Part shown: one piece after another, positions 22,955-32,522 of the stretch
Layout of the letters: each line of letters begins with the position of its first letter
Numbering within the stretch: the first letter of the stretch is position 1
Source of the DNA: Myxococcota bacterium
GTDB lineage: Bacteria; Myxococcota_A; UBA796; CAJQPC01
Direction: 5' to 3'
NCBI GenBank assembly: GCA_036012755.1
Contig: DASCPX010000047.1
Location: forward strand, 1 to 64,000
DNA: 64,000 bases
Position numbers and translations under genes: made by a program
The notes under the pieces: model-generated
Database searches by the model: none
Told to the model about the DNA's origin: nothing
Seen by the model: the letters and a program-made list of their open reading frames with translations, nothing else

Positions 22955-24195
22955 AGCTCCCGGTCAGCGAGCATCGGCTGGAAAACGGTCTTCGTCTGGT
23001 GCTCTCTCCCGACCCGGCGATCCCGGTCGTCGCCTTCGCGCTGTACTACGACGTTGGCTCCCGCAACGAGGAACGAGGGCGCAGCGGCTTCGCCCACCTC
23101 TTCGAGCACATGATGTTCCAGGGCTCCGCGAACGTCGGAAAGGCCGAGCACTTCGCCCACATACAGGGCTGCGGCGGCCAGACCAACGCCACCACCAGCG
23201 AGGATCGGACCAACTACTACGCCACCTTGCCCTCCAACCAGCTGCGGCTGGGCCTCTGGCTCGAGGCTGACCGCATGCGCTCCCTTGCGGTGACGCCGGA
23301 GAACTTCGAGAACCAGCGCCAGACGGTCATGGAGGAGCGGCGGGAGCGCGTGGACGACGCCCCGTACGGCGAGGCCATGGTCGCGCTCTGCGAGCTCTCA
23401 TGGGGAAACTGGGCCTACGGGCATCCGGTCATCGGCTACTGGAAGGACCTCGAGGCCTGTGCCTACGAAGAGGTCGTCGCCTTCCATGACCGCTTCTACC
23501 GGCCGAACAACGCCGTGCTCGCGGTCGCTGGCGACTTCGAGGAGGAGGAGGCGCTGGCTGCTGTCGCCGACTACTTCGGCGACATCGACGCGGGCCCGCG
23601 CCAGCCAGCCCCGGACATGCACGAGCCGCGCCGCGTCGGGCACCAGACAGAGGTGGTCGGGGACGAGCTGGCTCGTCTGCCGCTGGTCTTCGTCAACCAC
23701 CAGGCGCCCGGTTTCGGGAGCAGGGATTTCTTCGCCTGGGAGGTCCTGGAGACCGCGCTGTTGCGCGGGCCGAGCTCCCGTGCCTACCGCCGCTTCGTCG
23801 TCGAGGAGCAGCTCGCGGTGCAGGTCTCCGGTGGCTTCGACGCGCGGCGGGGACCGGGGCTCTTCAGCTTGACCGGCGTCGCCAGCAGCGCAGAGGGGCT
23901 GCCCCGGATCCGCGATGCCTGGCTCGAGGAGCTCGAGCGCGTCGCCTCCGAGCCGCTGTCCCGGCAGGAGTGGGACAAGGTGCTGGCCCGTGCCAAGGCC
24001 GCAGCGGTCTACTCGGTGGAGGGGGTGCTCGGGCGCGCGATGCAGCTGGGCCGCTCCACGCTGTACCTGGACGACCCACAGTGGGACAACCGCTACCTGG
24101 AGGAGCTGGCGAAGGTCGAGCCGCCAGACGTCCAGCGGGTCGCCCGTGACTGGCTCCAGGACGGCTGGGTCTCTCTCGAGGTCCACCCGAGATGA
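22951..24195 (+). CDS. M16 zinc peptidase, catalytic subunit
   Basis: LENGL, GFAHLFEHMMF (HxxEH), NATT. Confidence 0.94.
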   Translation: MKLPVSEHRLENGLRLVLSPDPAIPVVAFALYYDVGSRNEERGRSGFAHLFEHMMFQGSANVGKAEHFAHIQGCGGQTNATTSEDRTNYYATLPSNQLRLGLWLEADRMRSLAVTPENFENQRQTVMEERRERVDDAPYGEAMVALCELSWGNWAYGHPVIGYWKDLEACAYEEVVAFHDRFYRPNNAVLAVAGDFEEEEALAAVADYFGDIDAGPRQPAPDMHEPRRVGHQTEVVGDELARLPLVFVNHQAPGFGSRDFFAWEVLETALLRGPSSRAYRRFVVEEQLAVQVSGGFDARRGPGLFSLTGVASSAEGLPRIRDAWLEELERVASEPLSRQEWDKVLARAKAAAVYSVEGVLGRAMQLGRSTLYLDDPQWDNRYLEELAKVEPPDVQRVARDWLQDGWVSLEVHPR

Positions 24196-25550
24196 GCTTC
24201 CCGACGACACCACCGCCGGCGGGACCGGCGCTGCCCTGGACCTTCCCCGAGAGCCACGCCGCGACCCTGGAGTCCGGACTCTCCGTCGTGGTCCTCCCGC
24301 AGCGGCGCCTGCCCATCGTGCAGCTTCGCCTGGTGAGCCGCATCGGGCGTTGGCTCGAGGGCCCAGAGGAGCGAGGTCTCTGCAGGCTGCTCGCAATGAC
24401 GACCCGGCACGGCACCGAGCGCTTCAGCTCCGCTGAGCTCGCCCACTACCAGGACGCCCTCGGGCTCCGGCTGTCCTCGTCGATGTCTCCCGACGATCGT
24501 GGTCTCGCGGTGAAAGCGCTCTCCGAGCACATCGACGAGGCCTTCGTGGTCCTCGGCGAGCTGGCCTGCAGGCCCACCTTCCCAGAGGAGCACGTCGCTC
24601 GCGAGGCGAGGAAGTCCGGCGAGGCTCGTCGCCAGCAGCGCGCACAGCCCGACAACCTCGCCGGCGAGTGGTTCTCCTGGGCGGTCTACGGACGGGCCCA
24701 TCCCTATGGGCGCCGGCGCCCGGAGGCAGAGGACTTCCTCGCCCGCAGTCGGGACGAGGTGCTCGCCTGGCATCAGAGCCGCTTCGGACCCGAGCACGCG
24801 CTGCTGGTCGTGGTGGGGGACACGGAGCCTGCTTCCGCCATCGACCTCGCCGAGCGCACCTTCCGCGACTGGAGCCCTGCCGCGCCGCTGCCCGAGCTGC
24901 CCTCCACGCCCCCGGATCCGCAGCCCAGGGTGATCCTCGTCGATCGGCCTGGCAGCGAGCAGGCCACCATCCTCGCTGGGAACAAGGCCATCGCCCGCCG
25001 AGCACCCGGCTACGACGACGCCCGCGTGATGAACCGGGTGCTCGGTGGTGGGGCGAGCTCGCGGCTGTTCATGGACCTGCGAGAGACGCGCTCGCTGACC
25101 TACGGCGTCTACTCGGCGCTCGACGGCGGCCGCTTCGGCGGTGACCACTCTGCCAGCCTGTCGTGCTCGACGGACAAGGCCTCCGAGGCGCTGGCTGCGC
25201 TGTTTTCGCACCTCACCCGCATCCGCGAGGAGCCTGTCACCGACGGCGAGCTCGACGCGGCGCGGCGCTACCTCTGCGGGGCCTTTCCCATCGGCGCCAG
25301 CAGCCTCGGTGGCATGGCTTCGCTGCGCACCACCCGTTGGCTGAACGAGCTCCCGGAGGACACCTGGGAGACCTTCGTGCCGCGCGTCGCGGCCGTCACC
25401 GTGGAAGATGTCCAGAGAGCCGCCCGGACCGTGGTGCGACCGGAGGAGGGTGTGCTCGTCGTCGTGGGGGAGGCTGCCGCGCTCGAACCGGTTTGCGCCC
25501 GCTACGGCGAGGTCGCCGTCGTGGATTCGGAGCGACGTCCGCCGGATTGA
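24192..25550 (+). CDS. M16 peptidase, non-catalytic partner subunit
   Basis: Lacks HxxEH; SRLFMDLRETRSLTYG (R/Y pair). Confidence 0.9.
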   Translation: MSFPTTPPPAGPALPWTFPESHAATLESGLSVVVLPQRRLPIVQLRLVSRIGRWLEGPEERGLCRLLAMTTRHGTERFSSAELAHYQDALGLRLSSSMSPDDRGLAVKALSEHIDEAFVVLGELACRPTFPEEHVAREARKSGEARRQQRAQPDNLAGEWFSWAVYGRAHPYGRRRPEAEDFLARSRDEVLAWHQSRFGPEHALLVVVGDTEPASAIDLAERTFRDWSPAAPLPELPSTPPDPQPRVILVDRPGSEQATILAGNKAIARRAPGYDDARVMNRVLGGGASSRLFMDLRETRSLTYGVYSALDGGRFGGDHSASLSCSTDKASEALAALFSHLTRIREEPVTDGELDAARRYLCGAFPIGASSLGGMASLRTTRWLNELPEDTWETFVPRVAAVTVEDVQRAARTVVRPEEGVLVVVGEAAALEPVCARYGEVAVVDSERRPPD

Positions 25551-25604
25551 CTCGCATTGGGCGTGGGTTAGACCAGCAGGTCCAACCTTCGAGGAGGCAA
25601 CCCG

Positions 25605-26621
25605 ATGCGGACCACCTGGATTCTCCTGGCCTTCGGGCTCGTCGCGTGCGACGGCAACAGCACGACGGCGCCGACTAGCACGACCACATCCGCAGCTGAC
25701 ATCGGCGAGGTCCTCGCCACAGTCGACGGGCTGCCGGTCGGATCCGTCGAGTTCGAGCTCGCCGCCAGCCGCGTCAGCCCGGATGACGGCAAGAGCCTGT
25801 CGCTGGAGGAGCGAAAGGACATCCTCGACCGCCTCGTCAACGACAAGGTGCTCTACCTGGAAGCCCTGCGTCGCGGCCTCGACAAGGACCCGAAGGTCCA
25901 GAAGGTCATGGTGAACACCCTCCTGCGGGACGAGGTCTACGCCAACGTGCGCAACAGCGACTTCACCGACGAGGAGCTCCGCGCCCACTACGAGGCGAAC
26001 AAAGAGGACTTCGTCGTGCCGGAGAAGGTGCAGGTCAAGCGGATCCTCATCCAGATCTCCGATGACCGGCCCGCCGAAGAGGCTCTGGCCATCGCCGAGA
26101 GCGTGCGCGCGGAGATCGCGTCGGACCCGAAGGGGCTCTTCAAGGACGCCGCCACGAAGCACTCGGAGGACCCCTACCGTCGCCGCGGCGGTGACGTCGG
26201 CTTCGTGTCTGCGGAGGGCAAGCCCGGCCTGGACCAGGACATCGTCGATGTGGCCTTCAGCCTCGACGTGGAGGAGCTCTCAGGTGTCTTCGAGAGCGCC
26301 GACGGCTACAACATCCTCTACATCGCGAACAAGCGCGAGCGCGTCGAGCGTACCTTCCAGCAGATGAAGGGCTCCGTCCTTCGCAAGGTCAAGAACGACA
26401 AGCTCAAGGAGATGTACGAGAGCTACGTCGCCAGCCTCAAGGACGGGGTGAGCATCCAGATCAACGAGGACAAGCTCGCCGCCCTCGACGTGAAGACCGC
26501 CGTGCGTCCGAGCATCGCGCCCGAGTTCAGCCTCGGCCCGGGGGCGGACAACGCGCTCCGCCCGTCTGGGGCCCCCACCGCCCCGACAGAGGAGCCCGAA
26601 GCCCCCGAGGGCGGCCTGTGA
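25605..26621 (+). CDS. PpiC-type peptidyl-prolyl isomerase lipoprotein
   Basis: Lipobox LVAC, HSED...GGDVG parvulin motif. Confidence 0.88.
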   Translation: MRTTWILLAFGLVACDGNSTTAPTSTTTSAADIGEVLATVDGLPVGSVEFELAASRVSPDDGKSLSLEERKDILDRLVNDKVLYLEALRRGLDKDPKVQKVMVNTLLRDEVYANVRNSDFTDEELRAHYEANKEDFVVPEKVQVKRILIQISDDRPAEEALAIAESVRAEIASDPKGLFKDAATKHSEDPYRRRGGDVGFVSAEGKPGLDQDIVDVAFSLDVEELSGVFESADGYNILYIANKRERVERTFQQMKGSVLRKVKNDKLKEMYESYVASLKDGVSIQINEDKLAALDVKTAVRPSIAPEFSLGPGADNALRPSGAPTAPTEEPEAPEGGL

Positions 26622-27556
26622 TCGCACTCTTCGGCCTCCTCTCTGTCGCCGAGGCCGAGATCGTCGATCGCATCGCCGCGGTCGTCAACGACGAGGTCAT
26701 CACCCTCTCAGAGGTCTACGAGCTAGGTGGGGACTACATCTCGGCGGCACCGAGCGAGGGTCAGACCACGAAGGGAGCGGAGATCGAGGTCCTCGACTCC
26801 CTGATCCAGCGGGCCCTGGTCGCGCAGCAGATCGACGAGCTCGGACTCGGCGTCACGCGCGACGAGCTGGAGCGCACGATCGATGATGTCGCGAGGCAGA
26901 ACGGGCTCACCCGCGAGCAGCTCCGGACAGAGGTCGAGCGCAGCGGGCTTCCCTGGTCGCTGTACCGCGAGGAGCTCGAAGAGAGCGTTCGCCAGATGAA
27001 GTTCAACCAGGTCGTCCTGCTGCCTCGGGTCGCTGTGAGCGAGGACGAGATCCGCGACCTGTACAACCGCCGCGTGCGGGACAACGTCGCTCCGGCGACG
27101 CGGGACTTCGAGGGCATCCTGTTGCCCCTGCCGGCAGAGGCGACCCCGGAGGCCACCGCCGAGCTCGACGGCCGCGCCTCGGAGATCAAGGCCAGCTTCG
27201 ACGAGGGCACTCCCTGGCCGGACCTGCTGTCGGACAACGCCGACTCGGTGCTCTTCTCCCAGGGCGGAAAGCTCGGCTCCTTCAGCGAGGAGGAGATCAT
27301 CCCGGCGCTGAAGGTCGTGGGGTTCTCCCTGGCGATCGGCGAGCTGTCGGACCCCATCGCGCTCGAGTCCGGCGTCATCCTGCTCTACGTCTCGGGCGAG
27401 TCTTCCGCCGAGAAGCCCGCCTACGAGCTGGTCCGTCCGGACCTCGAAGCCGAGCTCCAGGCTCAGCGGATCGAGGAGGAGCTGGAGCTCTGGTACAGCG
27501 CTGCGCTTCGCCAGGCCTCCGTCGAGATCAAGCTCGAGGCTCCCGAGAGCCAGTGA
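26618..27556 (+). CDS. surA: SurA-like periplasmic chaperone
   Basis: VDRIAAVVNDEVITLSE N-domain, parvulin-like GGKLG; adjacent to pdxA. Confidence 0.85.
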   Translation: MIALFGLLSVAEAEIVDRIAAVVNDEVITLSEVYELGGDYISAAPSEGQTTKGAEIEVLDSLIQRALVAQQIDELGLGVTRDELERTIDDVARQNGLTREQLRTEVERSGLPWSLYREELEESVRQMKFNQVVLLPRVAVSEDEIRDLYNRRVRDNVAPATRDFEGILLPLPAEATPEATAELDGRASEIKASFDEGTPWPDLLSDNADSVLFSQGGKLGSFSEEEIIPALKVVGFSLAIGELSDPIALESGVILLYVSGESSAEKPAYELVRPDLEAELQAQRIEEELELWYSAALRQASVEIKLEAPESQ

Positions 27557-28398
27557 TCCTGGTCACCGTCGGCGACCCGGAGGGCATCGGGCCCGAGGTC
27601 GCCGCGAAGGCCGCTGACGGCGACTGCGTGCTGGTGGGGGACCCAGGTGCCATCGAGCGCTGGTCTCCGAAGGTCCCGGTGGTGGCGCCCCCGGATGGAG
27701 ACGAGCCGGTCGAGATCCGCGCCATCCGGTTCGCGGTGGCGGAGTGCCTCGCATCTCGCGCCGAGGCCCTGGTCACCGGTCCCATCCACAAGGCCCGTCT
27801 GGCGGCGAGAGGCTTCGAACACCCGGGCCACACCGGCTTCCTCGGCGAGCTCTGTGGCGCCAGGCCGGTCATGGCCTTCATCGGCGCGGAGCTGCGCGCC
27901 TGCCTGGTGACGACCCATGTGCCCCTGTCGCGGGTCCCCTCCTCGATCACCTCCGAGCGCCTGCTGCACGTCTTCCGGGTGGCCGCTGGCGAGCTGCGCT
28001 CCAAGCTGGGCCTGGAGGGCCGCCTGTTGGTCTGTGGGCTCAACCCCCACGCAGGTGACGGGGGGGTGCTCGGGTCAGAGGAGATCGAGATCATCACCCC
28101 GGCCATCGAACAGGCCTGCTCCGAGGGCCTGACGGTCGGCGGCCCGATGAGCGCCGAGGTCGCCTTCCGGCGCCAGCGGTCCGGCCACGCCGACATGGTC
28201 GTGGCGATGTTCCACGACCAGGGCCTCGCACCGCTCAAGCTCGTCGAGAGCGGGCAGAGCGTGAACTGGTCGATGGGTCTCCCGATCGTGCGCACCTCCG
28301 TGGACCACGGCACCGCAGACGACATCGCCGGTCAGGGCGTCGCCGACCCGACGTCCATGGCCTCGGCCATCGGCCTCGCTCGAGTCCTGGCCCGCTGA
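27553..28398 (+). CDS. pdxA: 4-hydroxythreonine-4-phosphate dehydrogenase
   Basis: GDPEGIGPE, GHT, GLNPHAG, MFHDQG, RTSVDHGTA. Confidence 0.95.
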   Translation: MILVTVGDPEGIGPEVAAKAADGDCVLVGDPGAIERWSPKVPVVAPPDGDEPVEIRAIRFAVAECLASRAEALVTGPIHKARLAARGFEHPGHTGFLGELCGARPVMAFIGAELRACLVTTHVPLSRVPSSITSERLLHVFRVAAGELRSKLGLEGRLLVCGLNPHAGDGGVLGSEEIEIITPAIEQACSEGLTVGGPMSAEVAFRRQRSGHADMVVAMFHDQGLAPLKLVESGQSVNWSMGLPIVRTSVDHGTADDIAGQGVADPTSMASAIGLARVLAR

Positions 28399-28403
28399 CG
28401 CTG

Positions 28404-28874
28404 TCAGCTCTCCTCGGCCCAGAGGCTGCACTCGTCGAAGCCCAGGGTCTCCGGAGATGAGCCGAACACGGCGCAGTCCTCTTCGTTGCCGTCGAGATCC
28501 TCGACGATGATGTGCCAGTTCACGCCGCCGTCGGAGTCGGTGCAGGCAAAGAGGGTGGACTCGCTGGCGACCACGTCCTCCTCGGCGTGGACTCGCTCGA
28601 GCTCGACCGTGTAGATCCAGGCCTGCTCGTCATCGCTCCAGTCGGGCAGGGTCATCTCGTGGGCTTCGTCGTAGTTGGTGGACTCGTCGTAGATCTCCAG
28701 CGTTCCATCGCCGGGCTCGCCCCAGGCGATGATCTCGTAGCTCCAGCCCTCGGGATCACAGGTGAAGCGGATGCCGGCGATCCAGGCGGTCTGGGGGTCG
28801 CTCGTGTCTGCGGTGTCCGTGGACATCGACGGCACGCACTCCGGGAACAGCAGTCCGAAGAGTCCGAAGAGCAT
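28404..28874 (-). CDS. Cys-rich exported paralog 1 of tandem array
   Basis: EAH, TLFAC, DCAVFG motifs shared with neighbours. Confidence 0.75.
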   Translation of the reverse strand: MLFGLFGLLFPECVPSMSTDTADTSDPQTAWIAGIRFTCDPEGWSYEIIAWGEPGDGTLEIYDESTNYDEAHEMTLPDWSDDEQAWIYTVELERVHAEEDVVASESTLFACTDSDGGVNWHIIVEDLDGNEEDCAVFGSSPETLGFDECSLWAEES

Positions 28875-28947
28875 GGACAGACACTATCCCAGAGCGAGAC
28901 GGCCCCGCCGCCAGGGCAGGGCCGTCGTTGGCATCAGCCGAAGAGCA

Positions 28948-29526
28948 TCAGCTCCAGTCGGCGCAGCCCGTACCGAGCGAGGAGGGGGCGTCGCCCCACA
29001 CGGCGCAGTCGGCCTCTGTGGCGCCGTCGGTCTCCCAGATCACGATGTGCCAGGTCAGGGATTGCTCGCGCGAGGTCGTGCACTCGTACAGGGTCGTGCT
29101 TCCGGAGACCACCTCGTTGGGCGTGGCGACCTGGCCCAGCGCCACGTAGAGGTTGTCCCAGTGGCCGCCATCGGCGAAGTCGTAGGAGGCGATGTCGTGG
29201 ACCTCGTCCCAGGGGTTCGAGGAGCCGGTCTGGAAGATGTAGACGGTGCCGCCACCGGTCCAGCCGACCGTGTAGACGTCGAACCACCAGTCGACGGTGT
29301 CGCAGTCGTAGCCGATGGCCACGGTGCCCGCGGCGACATCCGGCGTGTCACACAGCGAGTCGTCGAAGCCGATGTAGGTGGCACCCGTGTAGTTGGGGCA
29401 GTTGACCGTGGAGTCGTCGATGACGGCGCTTTCGCCGCTGTCGCAGACTTCGCCGCTGTCGCAGATCTTGCCCGTACAGGCAGTGAGGGCCAGCGTTCCG
29501 CCAGCGATGAGAAGGATCTTCTTCAT
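28948..29526 (-). CDS. Cys-rich lipoprotein paralog 2
   Basis: Canonical lipobox LTAC; TVGW, EVH, DGGHW, TLYEC, DCAVWG. Confidence 0.8.
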   Translation of the reverse strand: MKKILLIAGGTLALTACTGKICDSGEVCDSGESAVIDDSTVNCPNYTGATYIGFDDSLCDTPDVAAGTVAIGYDCDTVDWWFDVYTVGWTGGGTVYIFQTGSSNPWDEVHDIASYDFADGGHWDNLYVALGQVATPNEVVSGSTTLYECTTSREQSLTWHIVIWETDGATEADCAVWGDAPSSLGTGCADWS

Positions 29527-29583
29527 TGTTCTTGCGTCTCCTGGTAGGGCTCAAAGGGACCCGACCGCCGTGGAGTGTATCCA

Positions 29584-30057
29584 CTACTGGCGGTGGTCGC
29601 ACTCGCTGTAGCTGGCGATGGCGTTCCAGTCGATCTCTGCGCCCCAGGTCGCGCAGTCGGTTTTTTCGCCCGTCTCCGGGTCCGAGACCATCACGCGCCA
29701 GGCCATGTTCGCCTCCGTGCTGCCGTCGCAGAGCCAAGCGCTCGTCTTGCCCTCCTCGGCGTCACGGGGATCGGCCACGATGTCGAGGGAGAGCTCGAGC
29801 CGATCCCACGCGCCGTCCGCCGCTGCCTCGACTGACTCGATCTCGTGTGCTTCGACCCGGTGGGCGTCCGCGGTCAGGCTCCAGAGACCACCGCTGGTCC
29901 AGCCTTCGGTCTCGACGACGAGGCTCCACGTGTCGTCCTCGACCGAGCAGCCCCCCTCCAGCGAGGTGATGGTGGTGGGCCCTTCGTAGGAGAACGCGCC
30001 CGCGCTGTCGTCCGGGCTGACATGGGGCGCAAGGCAGCCGCTCAGAGCGAGGAGCAA
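29584..30057 (-). CDS. Cys-rich lipoprotein paralog 3
   Basis: TTG start after GGAG giving MLLALSGC; YEGPT, TEGW, EAH, DGAW, DCATWG. Confidence 0.75.
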   Translation of the reverse strand: MLLALSGCLAPHVSPDDSAGAFSYEGPTTITSLEGGCSVEDDTWSLVVETEGWTSGGLWSLTADAHRVEAHEIESVEAAADGAWDRLELSLDIVADPRDAEEGKTSAWLCDGSTEANMAWRVMVSDPETGEKTDCATWGAEIDWNAIASYSECDHRQ

Positions 30058-30455
30058 TCCGTCTCCAAGCGGTCCGGGTCGAAGCCCCACACCCGGCAGT
30101 CGGCGTCCTCGCCGTCGGCGTCGGTGACGACGAGGTGGAAGGTGGTCTCTTCGTCGAGGCAGTCACTGGCCACCTCGAGCACCGAGATCTGCCAGGCGCC
30201 GTCAGGGTCCCAGGCCTCTGGGATCGGGTCGAACTCGAAGGCGGAGTCGTCACCCGCGGAGACGACGCGCAACAGCTGCAGCTGGCTCCATCCCACCGTC
30301 CGGACCTCGACGACCCGGGTCGGCGGGGTGCAGCCGACCTCGACTTCGTCGATCGAGGTGGGACCGTCGTAGTGGTACTCAGCTGTGTCGACGACCGCGA
30401 CGAGGTCGTCCGTTGAGGCGCCGGAACAAGCCAACAGGAGCATCATGGCCTTCAT
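30042..30455 (-). CDS. Cys-rich lipoprotein paralog 4
   Basis: LLAC; YDGPT, TVGW, DGAW, DCRVWG. Confidence 0.75.
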   Translation of the reverse strand: MKAMMLLLACSGASTDDLVAVVDTAEYHYDGPTSIDEVEVGCTPPTRVVEVRTVGWSQLQLLRVVSAGDDSAFEFDPIPEAWDPDGAWQISVLEVASDCLDEETTFHLVVTDADGEDADCRVWGFDPDRLETDCSSL

Positions 30456-30869
30456 CTAGCAGGCGCTTCCGTCGCAGTCGAGCACCTCTTCTCCGGACTG
30501 TAGCCAGAGGGTCCACGTCCCCTCCGCCTTGGAGCAGGGGACCTCCGTCGTCTGGGCGGTCCCCGAACCGGCGTGCTGCAGGGTGAGCGCATAGACCGCC
30601 CACCAACCCCCCGGGTCCTGGTCTGCCAGCGGGACGTCGTGCTGCTCCTCCACGTGCCCGGCGCTGGAGTCGTCGGAGTCGCGCGGGTGGTCGTAGGCGA
30701 GTCCCAGGACCACGGAGCCGACGCCGCGGCTGTAGATCCGCCATTCCTGGTCCTCTCCGCGGCAGGTCAGGTGGACCTCCGTGAAGACGCTCTCACCGGT
30801 GTAGGCCCCCGCCTGAGGCACGGTGTCGTCCACATCGGCCCCCCCCACGCAGGCGATGATCCAGATCAC
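30456..30869 (-). CDS. Cys-rich lipoprotein paralog 5 (divergent)
   Basis: MIWIIAC; YTGES, EQH, PGGWW, TTEVPC, LDC; start overlaps hflX stop. Confidence 0.7.
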   Translation of the reverse strand: MIWIIACVGGADVDDTVPQAGAYTGESVFTEVHLTCRGEDQEWRIYSRGVGSVVLGLAYDHPRDSDDSSAGHVEEQHDVPLADQDPGGWWAVYALTLQHAGSGTAQTTEVPCSKAEGTWTLWLQSGEEVLDCDGSAC

Positions 30870-32512
30870 CGGGCTCGCCGGCTGTTCTGCCAGATCGCTT
30901 GCTCGAGGCCGACCATCAGGCGTCCGAGGCCCTCGCTGGTGTGGGCGCTGCAGAACAGGGACCCGGGGTGTTCCTGCCGCAGCTCCTGCAAGGCCGCCGG
31001 GGCGAGGGCGTCGATCTTGTTGAAGACCACCAGCGTGGGGGTCTCCGTGACGCCCAGGCGGCCGAGCACCTCGTCCACAGAGGCCATGTGTCCGTCGCGC
31101 TCGCTGCTGCTGCTGTCGACGACGTGGAGGAGCAGGTCGGCCTCGACGACCTCTTCGAGGGTGCTGCGGAAGGCCTCGACGAGCTCCTTGGGGAGGGCGC
31201 GGATGAAGCCGACCGTGTCTGTCAGGATGACCTCGCGCTCCTCCGGAAAGCGCAGCCTCCGACTCGTCGGATCGAGGGTCGCGAAGAGCGCGTCCCTGGC
31301 ATCGACCTTGGAGCGGGTCATCCGGTTCAACAGCGTGCTCTTGCCGGCGTTGGTGTACCCGACGATCGAGACCATCGGCAGGCCGACCTTGCGCCGGCGT
31401 TCTCGGCGCATGCCCCTGTGCTTTCCGAGCTTCTTCAGTTCCCGCACGATGCGTGCGAGGCGCTCGTCTGCGCGGCGACGGTTGATCTCCAGCTTGGTCT
31501 CGCCCGGGCCGCGGGAGCCGACGCCGCCGGTGAGCCGCGACATGGCCGTCGGCATGATCGCGAGACGCGGCTTGCGGTAGCGGAGCTGGGCCAACTCGAC
31601 CTGCAGCTTGCCCTCCTTCGTGGTGGCGCGCTGGGCGAAGATGTCGAGGATGAGCTGGGTCCGGTCGAGGACCGAGAGCTCGGTCACCGTCGCGATGTTG
31701 CGGAGCTGCGAGGGCGCCAGCTCCCGGTCGAAGACGAGGACCTCTGCGCCGAGGTGCATCGAGCGCAGCAGCACGTCCGAGAGCTTGCCCTTGCCGATCA
31801 GCGTGCGGTTGTCGGGCTTGCGGCGCATCTGCAGCACCGTGTCGACGACGTCGAGGCCAGCTGTGTCTGCCAGGCGCTCGAGCTCGTCCAGGGACTCTCG
31901 GGTCGATCGGTTCTCACGCCCGAGTCCGACACCTACCAGGATGGCCTTCTGGCGCCCATCGACGTCGCGGAGGCGGTCGCTCCTGGCGAAGCGCCGCTGC
32001 AGGTCGGTGATGAAGGCGATGAAGTCGTCATCCCAGTGGTGGACGCTGGGGCGGGACTCCCTGTGTGAGATCTCCTCGCCGGCTTCCTCTGGCGGGAGCA
32101 TGTGCGCCCACTCGACAGCTCCCGGCAGCCCATCCGTGCCGGCGTTGACCACGATGATGGCGTCGAGGCTCAAGAGCGTGAGGTCGGTGAGGTTGTCCTT
32201 GTTGAGCCCCTCGCCGCGCAGCTGCGCGATGACGAGGCGGAGGCCGCGGAAGCGCCCGGAGCCAGCCCGCGCTCGGCCGAGGTCTGGGATGAAGACCTGG
32301 TGCGCGTCGCCGACGAGCACCTTGTCCACGAAGCCCATGCGGTCGACGACCAGGCCGACCTGGCGGCTGCAGCCCCGGGCGGTCTCCGTGAGTCGCCTCG
32401 CGAGCTCTGGGGTCAGGAAGCGCCCCTGGGGGATGCGCCGCTCGTAGAGCGACTTCAGCGCCTTGACCTGAGAGGTCTTCAGGCCGGCGGTGTTTCCGTG
32501 GAGATCTGGCAT
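30866..32512 (-). CDS. hflX: GTPase HflX (long N-terminal form)
   Basis: DRTQLILDIF, GPGETKLE, GYTNAGKS, LFATLD, DTVGF, NKID; start MPDLHGNT at 32512. Confidence 0.96.
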   Translation of the reverse strand: MPDLHGNTAGLKTSQVKALKSLYERRIPQGRFLTPELARRLTETARGCSRQVGLVVDRMGFVDKVLVGDAHQVFIPDLGRARAGSGRFRGLRLVIAQLRGEGLNKDNLTDLTLLSLDAIIVVNAGTDGLPGAVEWAHMLPPEEAGEEISHRESRPSVHHWDDDFIAFITDLQRRFARSDRLRDVDGRQKAILVGVGLGRENRSTRESLDELERLADTAGLDVVDTVLQMRRKPDNRTLIGKGKLSDVLLRSMHLGAEVLVFDRELAPSQLRNIATVTELSVLDRTQLILDIFAQRATTKEGKLQVELAQLRYRKPRLAIMPTAMSRLTGGVGSRGPGETKLEINRRRADERLARIVRELKKLGKHRGMRRERRRKVGLPMVSIVGYTNAGKSTLLNRMTRSKVDARDALFATLDPTSRRLRFPEEREVILTDTVGFIRALPKELVEAFRSTLEEVVEADLLLHVVDSSSSERDGHMASVDEVLGRLGVTETPTLVVFNKIDALAPAALQELRQEHPGSLFCSAHTSEGLGRLMVGLEQAIWQNSRRAR

Positions 32513-32522
32513 CCGCGCGAAG

